A stretch of 38,246 nucleotides of DNA from a virus (IMGVR_UViG_3300027566_000356:1-38246); one strand, 5' to 3'. Shown: positions 28,103 through 36,587, numbered from the stretch's first letter. Numbers and translations: made by a program. Notes: a model not told the origin generated them from the letters alone.

Positions 28103-28242
28103 AAAAAGTACTTCAATATACGATGTTCTACTTTCTGGATATGGGCAGGGTTGCAGAAGGAGAAATAGGAATTAATTATCCTAATATATTTTTCTTTGCA
28201 ATAGCATTAGCATTAGGTTTTATAGTAGGTAAATTATTATAG
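28099..28242 (+). CDS. Small membrane protein, 47 aa, not in the ORF track
   Basis: ATGA overlap, RBS GAGGGGG; MKKVLQYTMFYFLDMGRVAEGEIGINYPNIFFFAIALALGFIVGKLL*. Confidence 0.55.
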   Translation: MKKVLQYTMFYFLDMGRVAEGEIGINYPNIFFFAIALALGFIVGKLL

Positions 28243-28254
28243 GGGGAATGTATC

Positions 28255-28815
28255 ATGAAAGGTATCGACATATCAGCTTGGCAAACAGATATTGATTGGC
28301 AAGCAGTAAAAGACGCAGGTATTGAATTTGCAATTTTAAAGTTAGGACAAAACTGTCAACTTGATAGCATGTTTGTAGATCATATTAATAATGCGGTAGC
28401 AAACGGTTTGAAAGTTGGGTTGTATGTTTATAGTAAAGCAACTTGCACCGAAGATGCACAAAATGAAGCAGAATGGACACTACAGCAAGTTAATACTTAT
28501 CTTGACGGTAAATGTCCTGAAATGGGGGTTTGGTTTGATGCCGAGGATAATTGCATGGATGGTGCAGATATAAACGTCATATGTACTTCATATGTTGAGT
28601 ATCTAAAAAACGCAGTAATGGATATGGTTGGTGTATATACTAGCTATAACTGGTTAAACAACAGTAATATTGATGCAGATATAATCAATTGCCCTATCTG
28701 GATGGCACAGTATAACAATACGTGTGACTTTGATCATCCGAATTTAAAGATTTGGCAGTATACAGATCATTTTTCCGATGATCTGCCATATGACGGCAAT
28801 GAGTATTTTGATTAA
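28255..28815 (+). CDS. Endolysin, GH25 muramidase, catalytic domain only
   Basis: GIDISAWQ..IDW..VK..G, WFDAE, W.AQY, IWQYT, D.N. Confidence 0.92.
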   Translation: MKGIDISAWQTDIDWQAVKDAGIEFAILKLGQNCQLDSMFVDHINNAVANGLKVGLYVYSKATCTEDAQNEAEWTLQQVNTYLDGKCPEMGVWFDAEDNCMDGADINVICTSYVEYLKNAVMDMVGVYTSYNWLNNSNIDADIINCPIWMAQYNNTCDFDHPNLKIWQYTDHFSDDLPYDGNEYFD

Positions 28816-28833
28816 AAATAGGAGATGAATTAA

Positions 28834-29271
28834 ATGGCTATAACAGGAACAGGTAAGCTGTACGGTAGCGTATTAGCCAAAGCGTTTAATAAAGAAATTT
28901 CAATTGCTAGCGATGTAATAAAAGTTATTTTATGCACATCTGATTATGTTCCAAGTAAGAATCACGCCTACAAATCAGATATAACCAACGAAGTTGTAGG
29001 GGCAGGGTACACAGCAGGCGGAGCAACATTGACTAATAAATCAGTAGTTTACATATCTGATAGCGATGTTACTAAAATTGATGCTGACGATAATCTATGG
29101 AGTAATTCGACCATAACAGCCAGATATGCAATTATTTACGGCAGTACAGGAACTGATAATACTAGTCCTTTAATCGGTTATGTTGATTTTGGAGTAGATG
29201 TAGGTGTGACAAATGGTACGTTTAGTATCGCTTGGGATGTAAATGGGATATTTACAGGGACGGTGAGTTAG
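28834..29271 (+). CDS. Probable virion structural (fibre subunit) protein
   Basis: IKV.L.TS.Y.P...H....D...EV.G.GYTAGG..L, DADD..W...TITARYA.IY, LIGYVDFG, GTF.I.W...GIF; a pattern common in phage minor structural proteins. Confidence 0.6.
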   Translation: MAITGTGKLYGSVLAKAFNKEISIASDVIKVILCTSDYVPSKNHAYKSDITNEVVGAGYTAGGATLTNKSVVYISDSDVTKIDADDNLWSNSTITARYAIIYGSTGTDNTSPLIGYVDFGVDVGVTNGTFSIAWDVNGIFTGTVS

Positions 29272-29272
29272 T

Positions 29273-29497
29273 ATGGAATTTGCAGTAGCTACAGTTTCTT
29301 TTTGGGAAAGTGTTGGTTTTGATTGTAGCAATTGGCGCAAGTCTAATGATAGTACACAAGCAATGGTACATTTGCAGTATGCTATGGATTTAGTGCCGAA
29401 TGTGGCTAGCAATAGCAATGTTGCAGTATACAACTCGCCTAGCGATGCATTAACAACGTTACTATCGAGTGCTGAGTGGACTGTTGCTGATGACTAA
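29273..29497 (+). CDS. Hypothetical protein
   Basis: 74-aa ORF tightly coupled to both neighbours. Confidence 0.55.
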   Translation: MEFAVATVSFWESVGFDCSNWRKSNDSTQAMVHLQYAMDLVPNVASNSNVAVYNSPSDALTTLLSSAEWTVADD

Positions 29498-30581
29498 TTA
29501 TGTAGGTCAAGGCGATGCTACAGCACATAGTAATGCAGGTTTGGTACTTGATTTAAACGCTAGTATGGCAACAGGCAGTGGGGCAGGGGTTAATTCTCCT
29601 GCTACTACTGTTTGGCAGGATTTAAGCGGTAATAACCTTAATGCTACGCTTAATACTTTTGCCTATACAACGACGAGTGGGTGGATAGGTAATGGTACGA
29701 GTATTGACCCTTATAGCCTAGCGTATGATGGCATAGACGATAGAGTATTGTTGCCTAATGGATTAATCATCCCACATGTATTCACAATGGAGTTATGGGT
29801 GAAATTAAATAGTTTAGCTACCCAACAAACACTATTTAGACGGGCGGCAGGAACGGGTAGTGGTTTATTTGTTTTACGAATGGAAGGTAATACAGGGGTA
29901 TACGCTATGTACGCAACTATAGGGGCAGTAGCGTCTACCACTGCAGCTACCGCTAAAGCAGGTGTGTGGCAACAGGTTTTCGCGTGGTGCGACAGTAGTT
30001 ATGTATATATACAAGTGGACAACGGTACTGTGTATAAAGTTGCGGATGTTGCATTAGCTAGTCAGTTGCCGTACAACTACGGACTGGCAGGTGTGGGCGG
30101 AATTAGTGGGGCGACGTACTTTAGTGGGTCAATTGCTACATGTAGGTTATATAACCGCGTTTTATCCGACGCGGAACGTACACAAAACTATAACGCAGGT
30201 TATCTATGGTCGGTAGACTCTATAATACAAGTAATCGCAGCTACTGCAACGGTACAAGCGTTAAGTCCGCAGATAACCGCCAACTCTATAATAAACGCTG
30301 TATTATCTACAGCAACAGTACAAGCAGTTAGCCCACAACTCATAGCAAGCGCTAGTATACAAGCTGTAAAAACTATTTGTAATGCTTACGCGGTCAGTCC
30401 TAAGGTATCTGCAGACGCGGTAATTAATGCGCTAACAGCAAACGCGACTTTTAAAATGTTATCGCCTACAGTGCAACAGCAGATTGTACAACAGTTACTG
30501 CGAGCAACATCGTATGTTATCGAGCGTAAAACTTTATCATCCATTAAGACCAGATCAACAAAAAGCGAGGTGATTAGCTAA
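29490..30581 (+). CDS. LamG/concanavalin A-like domain protein with four ~22-aa C-terminal repeats
   Basis: GLVL.L.A, WQDLSGN, YDGIDD, FTMELWVK, G.I...RLYNR.LS..E..QNYNA; repeats I.A...TA...A.SP. Confidence 0.78.
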   Translation: MTNYVGQGDATAHSNAGLVLDLNASMATGSGAGVNSPATTVWQDLSGNNLNATLNTFAYTTTSGWIGNGTSIDPYSLAYDGIDDRVLLPNGLIIPHVFTMELWVKLNSLATQQTLFRRAAGTGSGLFVLRMEGNTGVYAMYATIGAVASTTAATAKAGVWQQVFAWCDSSYVYIQVDNGTVYKVADVALASQLPYNYGLAGVGGISGATYFSGSIATCRLYNRVLSDAERTQNYNAGYLWSVDSIIQVIAATATVQALSPQITANSIINAVLSTATVQAVSPQLIASASIQAVKTICNAYAVSPKVSADAVINALTANATFKMLSPTVQQQIVQQLLRATSYVIERKTLSSIKTRSTKSEVIS

Positions 30582-30862
30582 TGCCACTAATTGGAGATAC
30601 AATAAAACTACACGTAGAGTTTCGGACATTTGCAGGGGTACTAGCTGATCCAACAGCGATAACGCTAAATATTTATGATAGTAGTCGCAAGTTAGTTACT
30701 GGCCCGATTGCTATCACGTCTGATTATAAAGTTGATGTAGGCACATATGAGTATCCATATGTTATGCCGGAAGGTTATAGCAGTCTGTATTATGAGTTTA
30801 TCGGCGATCCTGAATCACTACCTGCTGTACATCGCGGAATGATTGCGGTTAGTTGGGCATAA
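30581..30862 (+). CDS. Small Ig/BppU-like beta-sandwich protein (possible fibre anchor)
   Basis: IGDTIKL.V.F....G...DP....L.IYD, G.Y.Y.Y motifs. Confidence 0.5.
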   Translation: MPLIGDTIKLHVEFRTFAGVLADPTAITLNIYDSSRKLVTGPIAITSDYKVDVGTYEYPYVMPEGYSSLYYEFIGDPESLPAVHRGMIAVSWA

Positions 30863-31044
30863 TTATGATATCAAAAGCGATAGATTTAATACCGCAATGG
30901 CTAATAAAAGACAAAGAAAACCGTCTCAAAATATGTCCGAATGATGCAAAACTCATGCGGTATATCGAGGACGGTTTTCTTATTGAGATTGAAAAATTAA
31001 AACAGGAAAAGGAAGGTAATAAAAATGACAACTTATACAAATGA
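30853..31044 (+). CDS. Hypothetical protein
   Basis: Short ORF coupled to neighbours; start uncertain. Confidence 0.4.
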   Translation: MGIIMISKAIDLIPQWLIKDKENRLKICPNDAKLMRYIEDGFLIEIEKLKQEKEGNKNDNLYK

Positions 31045-31420
31045 GCAGTTAGCAAGTATGACTCAGGAGCAATTACAGGCGGTTATTTTACAAAGTCAGG
31101 CAGAACAGGTAGCCAGTACTGATACAGCGGCGGTCGTTGCTACAGATGTTGCCGCCGAGCAGACTGATACTGAAAAAGCTATTTCTCAAGTCAAAGCATC
31201 GATCGCTAGCTTAGAGGATGCAGGATCTGATTTATTCAAAGCCGAGATTTCAGCATTAAAAGAGAAACTTGCTGCTCTCGAAGCAGAAGCGCAGCAGATC
31301 GTATCCGATGTGCAAATGGCAGAACAATCATTTGCTAAAAAATATGGACAAGCAGCCGCTCACGGTGTAGAAATTATTTTACTGGCCATAATTGCAGGTA
31401 AGCTATTGGGGGCATTATAA
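31025..31420 (+). CDS. Coiled-coil protein with a C-terminal TM helix
   Basis: Ala/Gln/Glu heptads, C-terminal IILLAIIAGKLLGAL; TAATG-coupled to the next gene. Confidence 0.65.
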   Translation: MTTYTNEQLASMTQEQLQAVILQSQAEQVASTDTAAVVATDVAAEQTDTEKAISQVKASIASLEDAGSDLFKAEISALKEKLAALEAEAQQIVSDVQMAEQSFAKKYGQAAAHGVEIILLAIIAGKLLGAL

Positions 31421-32022
31421 TGATCAACAAAAATTATATTTACATAGCTATCGCTGTCGCAATTGCATTTCTGGCAGGTTTATTTGTAGGGGTTAAGTAT
31501 CTAGCCCCTGCACTTACAACAACGAATACAGTAACAAATACGATCGTAGAAAAGCCTATCAATATCACTGGTACGAATACGGTTGACACTAAATTGCAGT
31601 ATGTAAAAGGCGAAACTGTTTACCTGCAATCTCCTGCAAGCGATACAGTATTACAAGTGCCAGTGGCCAAAGATACGCCTAATGCGATTGCTACTAAAAT
31701 TGATGGTAAGTTTGATATAGGTAAACCGTCATTTATTTATGAGGTTAATGGCAAAGTAGGTAAGTTTACTAAATCAGATGATGAAAATTTTGTATTAGAA
31801 AAAAATATGTTGGATTTAAAACAATCATCTACTATTAAAATACAGGCTGAAATACCTACGATTGATCTGACTCGCCATAATGTTTTGACAGTAGGTAAAT
31901 TGCGTACGGATAACAAAACAAGCCCTGCAATTGGTTATACTGGTAGCATTGGCAAAATTGGTGCTTATCAAGTTGTTGGCGGTCAGAATGGGCAATATGT
32001 CGGCATTGGAGTGAAATTCTGA
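31420..32022 (+). CDS. N-terminal TM protein ending in amphipathic beta-strands with a terminal Phe (candidate spanin-like)
   Basis: IYIAIAVAIAFLAGLFVGV; C-terminus ...IGYTGSIG.IGAYQVVG..NGQYVGIGVKF. Confidence 0.6.
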   Translation: MINKNYIYIAIAVAIAFLAGLFVGVKYLAPALTTTNTVTNTIVEKPINITGTNTVDTKLQYVKGETVYLQSPASDTVLQVPVAKDTPNAIATKIDGKFDIGKPSFIYEVNGKVGKFTKSDDENFVLEKNMLDLKQSSTIKIQAEIPTIDLTRHNVLTVGKLRTDNKTSPAIGYTGSIGKIGAYQVVGGQNGQYVGIGVKF

Positions 32023-32057
32023 TCGAGAAAAGATCGAAAAATAAGGAATGAATTCCC

Positions 32058-32098
32058 TTGAAAATAGAACATATGTTTGGTATAATAAACATATGTTC
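32058..32098 (+). promoter_or_regulatory. Sigma-A promoter flanked by two LexA (Cheo/DinR) boxes
   Basis: TTGAAA 32058-63, 17 nt, TATAAT 32081-86. GAACatatGTTT 32067-78 and AAACatatGTTC 32087-98, each 1 mismatch from GAAC-N4-GTTC. Confidence 0.8.
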
Positions 32099-32240
32099 TT
32101 GAAAAATATCGCTGGATAACGTTTAAAAGTAATATTTAAAAGAATGTATATAAGTGGAATCTGATATACGGGATACACACAATTGAAATAAATGGTCCTT
32201 GGATATATTGGATTCAGAATAAAATAAAAAAACGGAGGTA

Positions 32241-33356
32241 ATGCTTATGTATGAAGTTGATCAATATACAGTATCGTTATTGCATTTTGAAAATGGATTA
32301 ACAGATGAAACAGGGAGAGTCTGGGTCAGTAACGGTGGGGCTGCGGTATCAACATATCAGCCGAAATTTGGCGGAGGGTCTTTGAGCTTAGACGGAGCTA
32401 GTCAATATTTATCTACGGCAGCAGCACCAGAATTTAATTTTGCCACAGGTGACTTTACTATTGAATGCTGGGTTAATTTTGTATCATTTCCACAAGACTA
32501 TCCAGCAATATTAGCCTCTGATCCTGGTAATGTACAAAAATTATTTGCGATTTATCGATCAAGCAATACTGCAGGGGTATATGACATTGCCACTCTTATT
32601 GCTAGTAAAACGGCAGTTTTTGATGACAATAAATATCATCATATTGCGCTTGTTAAGTATAATAGTAAAATAGCGATTTCCGTAGATGGTATTTTTGGTG
32701 CATGGGTTGCTGATACGAGTACATGGGACTTTGGAGTAAATACCCGCATTGGTAATAGTTCGCATTCTCCAGGCAATACTTGGTTAAGTGGTTATATGGA
32801 TGAGTTTAGAATATCAAATATTGCTCGGTGGACTGATAATTTTAATCCTAATATACAAGCGCCTAACCTAACTGCAACTGCTGGCGATGCCAAGGTTACA
32901 CTTTCATGGGATACAGTAACTGACGCTATAGGCTACAATGTAAAACGCTCCACAACTACAGGCGGACCATATACAACAGTAGGAAGTAATGTATCTGGTA
33001 CAAGTTATATCGATACCACAGTAACAAACGGTACTACATATTATTATGTAGTTACTGCAGTAACCGCCGATGGTGAAAGCGGTAACTCGAATGAAGCTTC
33101 TGCTACTCCAGTTGCAGGCAGTGTTACCCCGCCTGTTACAGCAGGGAATGCAATATTGAGGGTAACTATGCTTGATTCGAGCGAACGTGAATATCGATTA
33201 TCCACTACTGAAATTGATGGTTTTGTTAATTGGTACACTCGCACTATTGGTACAGGTATTTCATGCTATGCACTCAATGATATTGTTGATAATAGCAAAG
33301 AATATTTAGCTTTTGATAAGATTATTAGCTTTAAAGTGATTCCGTTAGCGAAGTAG
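32241..33356 (+). CDS. LamG + fibronectin type III protein with a small C-terminal domain
   Basis: TVSLLHF, KFG..SL..DG..QYL, DFTIECWV, GYMDEFRIS..ARW; FN3 LTATAGDAKVTLSW...YNVKRS...Y.DT.V.NGTTYYYVVTAV; no signal peptide. Confidence 0.85.
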   Translation: MLMYEVDQYTVSLLHFENGLTDETGRVWVSNGGAAVSTYQPKFGGGSLSLDGASQYLSTAAAPEFNFATGDFTIECWVNFVSFPQDYPAILASDPGNVQKLFAIYRSSNTAGVYDIATLIASKTAVFDDNKYHHIALVKYNSKIAISVDGIFGAWVADTSTWDFGVNTRIGNSSHSPGNTWLSGYMDEFRISNIARWTDNFNPNIQAPNLTATAGDAKVTLSWDTVTDAIGYNVKRSTTTGGPYTTVGSNVSGTSYIDTTVTNGTTYYYVVTAVTADGESGNSNEASATPVAGSVTPPVTAGNAILRVTMLDSSEREYRLSTTEIDGFVNWYTRTIGTGISCYALNDIVDNSKEYLAFDKIISFKVIPLAK

Positions 33357-33361
33357 AGCAG

Positions 33362-33402
33362 AAAATCCCCGTCTTACCTTAATTGGTAGGGCGGGGATTT
33401 TT
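33362..33402. terminator. Bidirectional terminator
   Basis: AAAATCCCCGTCTTACC-ttaatt-GGTAGGGCGGGGATTTTT between convergent genes. Confidence 0.8.
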
Positions 33403-33406
33403 GTGT

Positions 33407-33955
33407 CTATAGTTTTGTAGGGATAAAAACTTTTTCTTCTAAAATTTTTCTAATTTCTTTTCCTAAATTGAAAGCAGCAGTCCCAGCTCCACCCCATTTT
33501 GTCATTCCGTTTAATTTTCCACTAAAAATATATTTTGCATTCCCCATGTCAATTATTTTAACATGAGCAGACGTTTCGTATCCGAATCCATTCGAACTTC
33601 TTATTGGATCCATGTCTATAAAAATTAAATAATTAAATCCGTCATCTTTATAAATATCTAACATATCAGATTTTTCAACACTTGTTGGATCTCCATAACC
33701 TCTGTTCTGTATTTTGTTCAGAACATTAACATCAGTAACTATTTCGCAATTGTTTTTATCCAATACAGGAATGACGTTTTTACCTATAACATCATCGGCT
33801 ACTCCTTTAGTAGTTAATGACCACAACGAAGTATTTGAATATTTAAATCCTAGAAGCACTTTAGTTTTAATAGGTATTTGTGTATCATTTGATGGTGACG
33901 CACTTGCATAAGGCATTACAAACATAATAAGTATCATTATTAATAATTTTTTCAT
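33407..33955 (-). CDS. Exported protein of unknown function
   Basis: True start likely MKKLLIMILIMFVMPYASA (signal peptide) at 33955 after RBS GAGG; alpha/beta mature domain. Confidence 0.7.
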   Translation of the reverse strand: MKKLLIMILIMFVMPYASASPSNDTQIPIKTKVLLGFKYSNTSLWSLTTKGVADDVIGKNVIPVLDKNNCEIVTDVNVLNKIQNRGYGDPTSVEKSDMLDIYKDDGFNYLIFIDMDPIRSSNGFGYETSAHVKIIDMGNAKYIFSGKLNGMTKWGGAGTAAFNLGKEIRKILEEKVFIPTKL

Positions 33956-34058
33956 TATATAAACCTCTTTTATATTTTTAGATATAATTACTACAAATAT
34001 AAAACATATTCCTGCAAATGAAAAAATATAGATGGTATACATCATACTATATTGGTAG

Positions 34059-34220
34059 GGTGTTGGCGTGCACGGCGGTGATCGATATGTACCGGTAGAG
34101 TTACAGCGTAATTTTAGCAAAGATGCTGCTCTAAGTGTTGAATATCATGCTGGTGGCAAGGAAAAGGGCAGGGAAGTTAAATATACTCGTAAAACTGATA
34201 AGTTATTTTTTATATTTTAA
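34059..34220 (+). pseudogene. Start-less remnant encoding amphipathic beta-strands ending in Phe
   Basis: GVGVHGGDRYVPVELQRNFSKDAALSVEYHAGGKEKGREVKYTRKTDKLFFIF*, preceded by in-frame TAG; locally GC-richer than its flanks. Confidence 0.45.
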
Positions 34221-34279
34221 CCATTAAAATTTATCTAAGAGTTGCCATTTTCCCAGCGCTAGCAAAGTGGAACATTATT

Positions 34280-34348
34280 AAAAGCCCCTGCTTTTCTTAA
34301 ATCTAACGTTTATATGTTAGGTGTTTTAGGGATAGTGGGGCCTTTTTT
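34280..34348 (+). terminator. Long imperfect hairpin/terminator
   Basis: AAAGCCCC...TCTAAC-gtttatat-GTTAGG...GGGGCC-TTTTTT. Confidence 0.55.
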
Positions 34349-34526
34349 ATTTACGATATAAACGGCTGAAATATCATACTATGCTATTAATGAAATGTAT
34401 TAGCAAGATAGATAATTCATTTTTCAAAATAATTAATGCTAGTTAAAATTAATAAATAACCACAGAATCTGTTTAAAAAAATATAATTTATGGTATACTA
34501 TAAATAGATTGAAGAAAGGATGATAT

Positions 34527-35732
34527 ATGATGGATTCTGTGAAGGTTTTACGTGTAAGGTTTCAAAACATATCTCTATTTAAAGATGGAGTCATGGAAAT
34601 CAATTTAATAGCCAAGGATAAAGTCTCTGATGCAGTGCAAGCATTTAACCTACACAATAGTATTTATACTCAGAAATTACTAGGTTTTGTTGGGATTAAC
34701 GCGTCTGGAAAAACTACGTCGCTCAAATTGCTTTATTTTGCAATGAATATAATTATTAATAATAGTGATCTTAATACTGACTATGCGTTTGTAAAAGGGA
34801 TTATACAGGATAAAACTATTATGACGGTGGATTTCTTTTATCAAGAAAAGTATTATACATTAAAGTCAATAATAGGTAAAAGGAATGTTGAAGAAAATAG
34901 TAAAAAACCAATTTTATACTTTGTAGACGAGTGTTTAATAAGTAGAGATAAAAAGACAGTTACCACTAAAAAACAAGTATTCGATTTTCCTGAAAAACAT
35001 ATTTCCGAAACAATAATTAGAGGTAAATTGTCTATAAACGAATTATCTTTACTAAAAGATGATGTTAGTATTGTTATAAAAGCAACAAGGACAAATCAAA
35101 CCTATTTAGAAGAAAAACTTATGGAAACAAATGTTACTTATATGGGGACACGTGGGATTATTCCAGGCGTTATTCTAAACGCATTTGATTCTTCGTTAGA
35201 AGAATTATCTTGTACGTCTGACGGAAATGATGATTATGACCAATATATAGTAAAATTTAAAAATAGAAAAGAAGTAATTAAAGTCAATAGTCAATGGGAT
35301 TTAGTTAATATCATTTCTTCTGGAACTATAAAAGGACAAAATATGATATTTGCTATGGTGAAAGCTTTAAGTAGTGGAGGATATCTCATTGTAGATGAAT
35401 TTGAGAATCATTTAAATAAAGAAATTATAAAAATGATTCTCGATATTTTTAAAAATGTAAATAGTAATCCTTATGGTGCTTGTTTGATTTTTTCTACTCA
35501 CTATTCCGAAATTTTGGATTATATGGATAGAAAAGATAATATTTACATAACGCGTCGTCAAGAAACAAATACTTATGCAATTGAGTTGTTGAATTATGCA
35601 ACACAGGTTGCGCGCAATGACGTAAAGAAAAGTGAAGTAATCTTATCCAATTATGTAAAAGGAACAGCCCCTTTATATGAAAATATGAAGATTTTAAGCG
35701 ATACTATATGCAAATTGATCCACAACATATAA
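34527..35732 (+). CDS. ABC/AAA_21-type ATPase (RloA/AbiLi/AriA-like), probable defence component
   Basis: Walker A GINASGKT, signature SSGT, Walker B/D-loop LIVDEFENHL, H-switch IFSTH. Upstream extended -10 TGgTATACT 34491-34499. Confidence 0.85.
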   Translation: MMDSVKVLRVRFQNISLFKDGVMEINLIAKDKVSDAVQAFNLHNSIYTQKLLGFVGINASGKTTSLKLLYFAMNIIINNSDLNTDYAFVKGIIQDKTIMTVDFFYQEKYYTLKSIIGKRNVEENSKKPILYFVDECLISRDKKTVTTKKQVFDFPEKHISETIIRGKLSINELSLLKDDVSIVIKATRTNQTYLEEKLMETNVTYMGTRGIIPGVILNAFDSSLEELSCTSDGNDDYDQYIVKFKNRKEVIKVNSQWDLVNIISSGTIKGQNMIFAMVKALSSGGYLIVDEFENHLNKEIIKMILDIFKNVNSNPYGACLIFSTHYSEILDYMDRKDNIYITRRQETNTYAIELLNYATQVARNDVKKSEVILSNYVKGTAPLYENMKILSDTICKLIHNI

Positions 35733-36253
35733 ATCTACTTACTAGTAATTATAATATCTGTATTTGCGAAGGGGCTGCAGAAAGAGTTATTATAAACCGA
35801 TTGCTAGAGTCTGGTAAACTTATCATTAGTAAAGACAGTTTATTAGGGGGAGAAATTGAGAAAATTCGTTCTTCTAAGCAGATAACGGAAAAATACTTAA
35901 ATAAAGATTATAATAAAGAAGTAAGTATTTTAAGAATATTAGATTCTCCACGAGAAGTTTTTAAATTAGGGAAACTATATACAGAAAGAGTTAAGATATT
36001 TAACTTTTATACGCGACCGGAAATTGAAATGCTTATTATCATAGACAAGAATGATTATCAACGATTTACTCAAAGAGCTGGTGGTGAAAAACCTAGCGAT
36101 TATTGTAAACGAGAGTATGGTATGCACAATATAAAGACACAAGACTTTATGAGTAATTACTTCAATGATATTGATCGGCTAACAGATGTATTGAGAAAAT
36201 ATAATAGTTTGTCAACTTCAGGCGAGTATAATTTGTATAGCTTATTAAAATGA
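35708..36253 (+). CDS. TOPRIM/RloB-like partner protein
   Basis: ICICEG..E, ILRILD, T.PEIEML resemble RloB CEG..E / D / NP.FE.W; overlaps the ATPase stop. Confidence 0.6.
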   Translation: MQIDPQHINLLTSNYNICICEGAAERVIINRLLESGKLIISKDSLLGGEIEKIRSSKQITEKYLNKDYNKEVSILRILDSPREVFKLGKLYTERVKIFNFYTRPEIEMLIIIDKNDYQRFTQRAGGEKPSDYCKREYGMHNIKTQDFMSNYFNDIDRLTDVLRKYNSLSTSGEYNLYSLLK

Positions 36254-36318
36254 CTAAAATTCGAATACTGTTAAATTTGATCTAATATAAAATAGAACTG
36301 ATATATACTTACAAGTAT

Positions 36319-36433
36319 AAATCACCTGCCAAACTGGTAGTACTTATGCTTGCTGTACTGATGATATTTTATAGTATCAGTAGATTGTTTTGTCTGTGGA
36401 TTAAGTAGCTGCCAAATGGCGGGTGATTTTTAT
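36319..36433 (+). ncRNA. Candidate rod-shaped structured RNA (~115 nt)
   Basis: Nested stems 36319-31/36417-29, 36336-46/36402-13 and 36356-62/36376-82, followed by a T tract. Confidence 0.45.
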
Positions 36434-36455
36434 TCCTAAAATTGTAAAAACTATA

Positions 36456-36484
36456 TTGACAGTTATTTACAAATAAGTTATAAT
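36456..36484 (+). promoter_or_regulatory. Perfect consensus sigma-A promoter
   Basis: TTGACA 36456-61, 17 nt, TATAAT 36479-84. Confidence 0.85.
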
Positions 36485-36490
36485 GAAATT

Positions 36491-36587
36491 ACTCAAAATT
36501 TACTTGAATCAGAAAAAACATCATCAAACTTCGGCAATAGGTTTGATGGTGTTTCTCTGCGTAGCTGCCGAAAGGTGGCTATTTTTA
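36491..36587 (+). ncRNA. Candidate ~95-nt small RNA
   Basis: Lies between the consensus promoter and GAAA-tetraloop terminator TAGCTGCC-gaaa-GGTGGCTA-TTTTT; contains a ~19-bp hairpin; no RBS or ORF. Confidence 0.65.

Noticed and set aside
7-33244. Numerous short minus-strand and alternate-frame ORFs in the track (e.g. 444-680, 1359-1661, 8783-9058, 24824-25306, 31825-32178)
   Set aside because: They shadow well-supported + strand genes and lack RBSs or recognisable motifs.
19196-33356. Diversity-generating retroelement or invertible tail-fibre cassette
   Set aside because: No reverse transcriptase or invertase, and I saw no template/variable repeat pair by eye. A self-alignment would confirm.
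33956-34120. N-terminal 55 codons of track ORF 33407-34120
   Set aside because: RBS and signal peptide point to the start at 33955; the extension overlaps the promoter region and the relic on the other strand.
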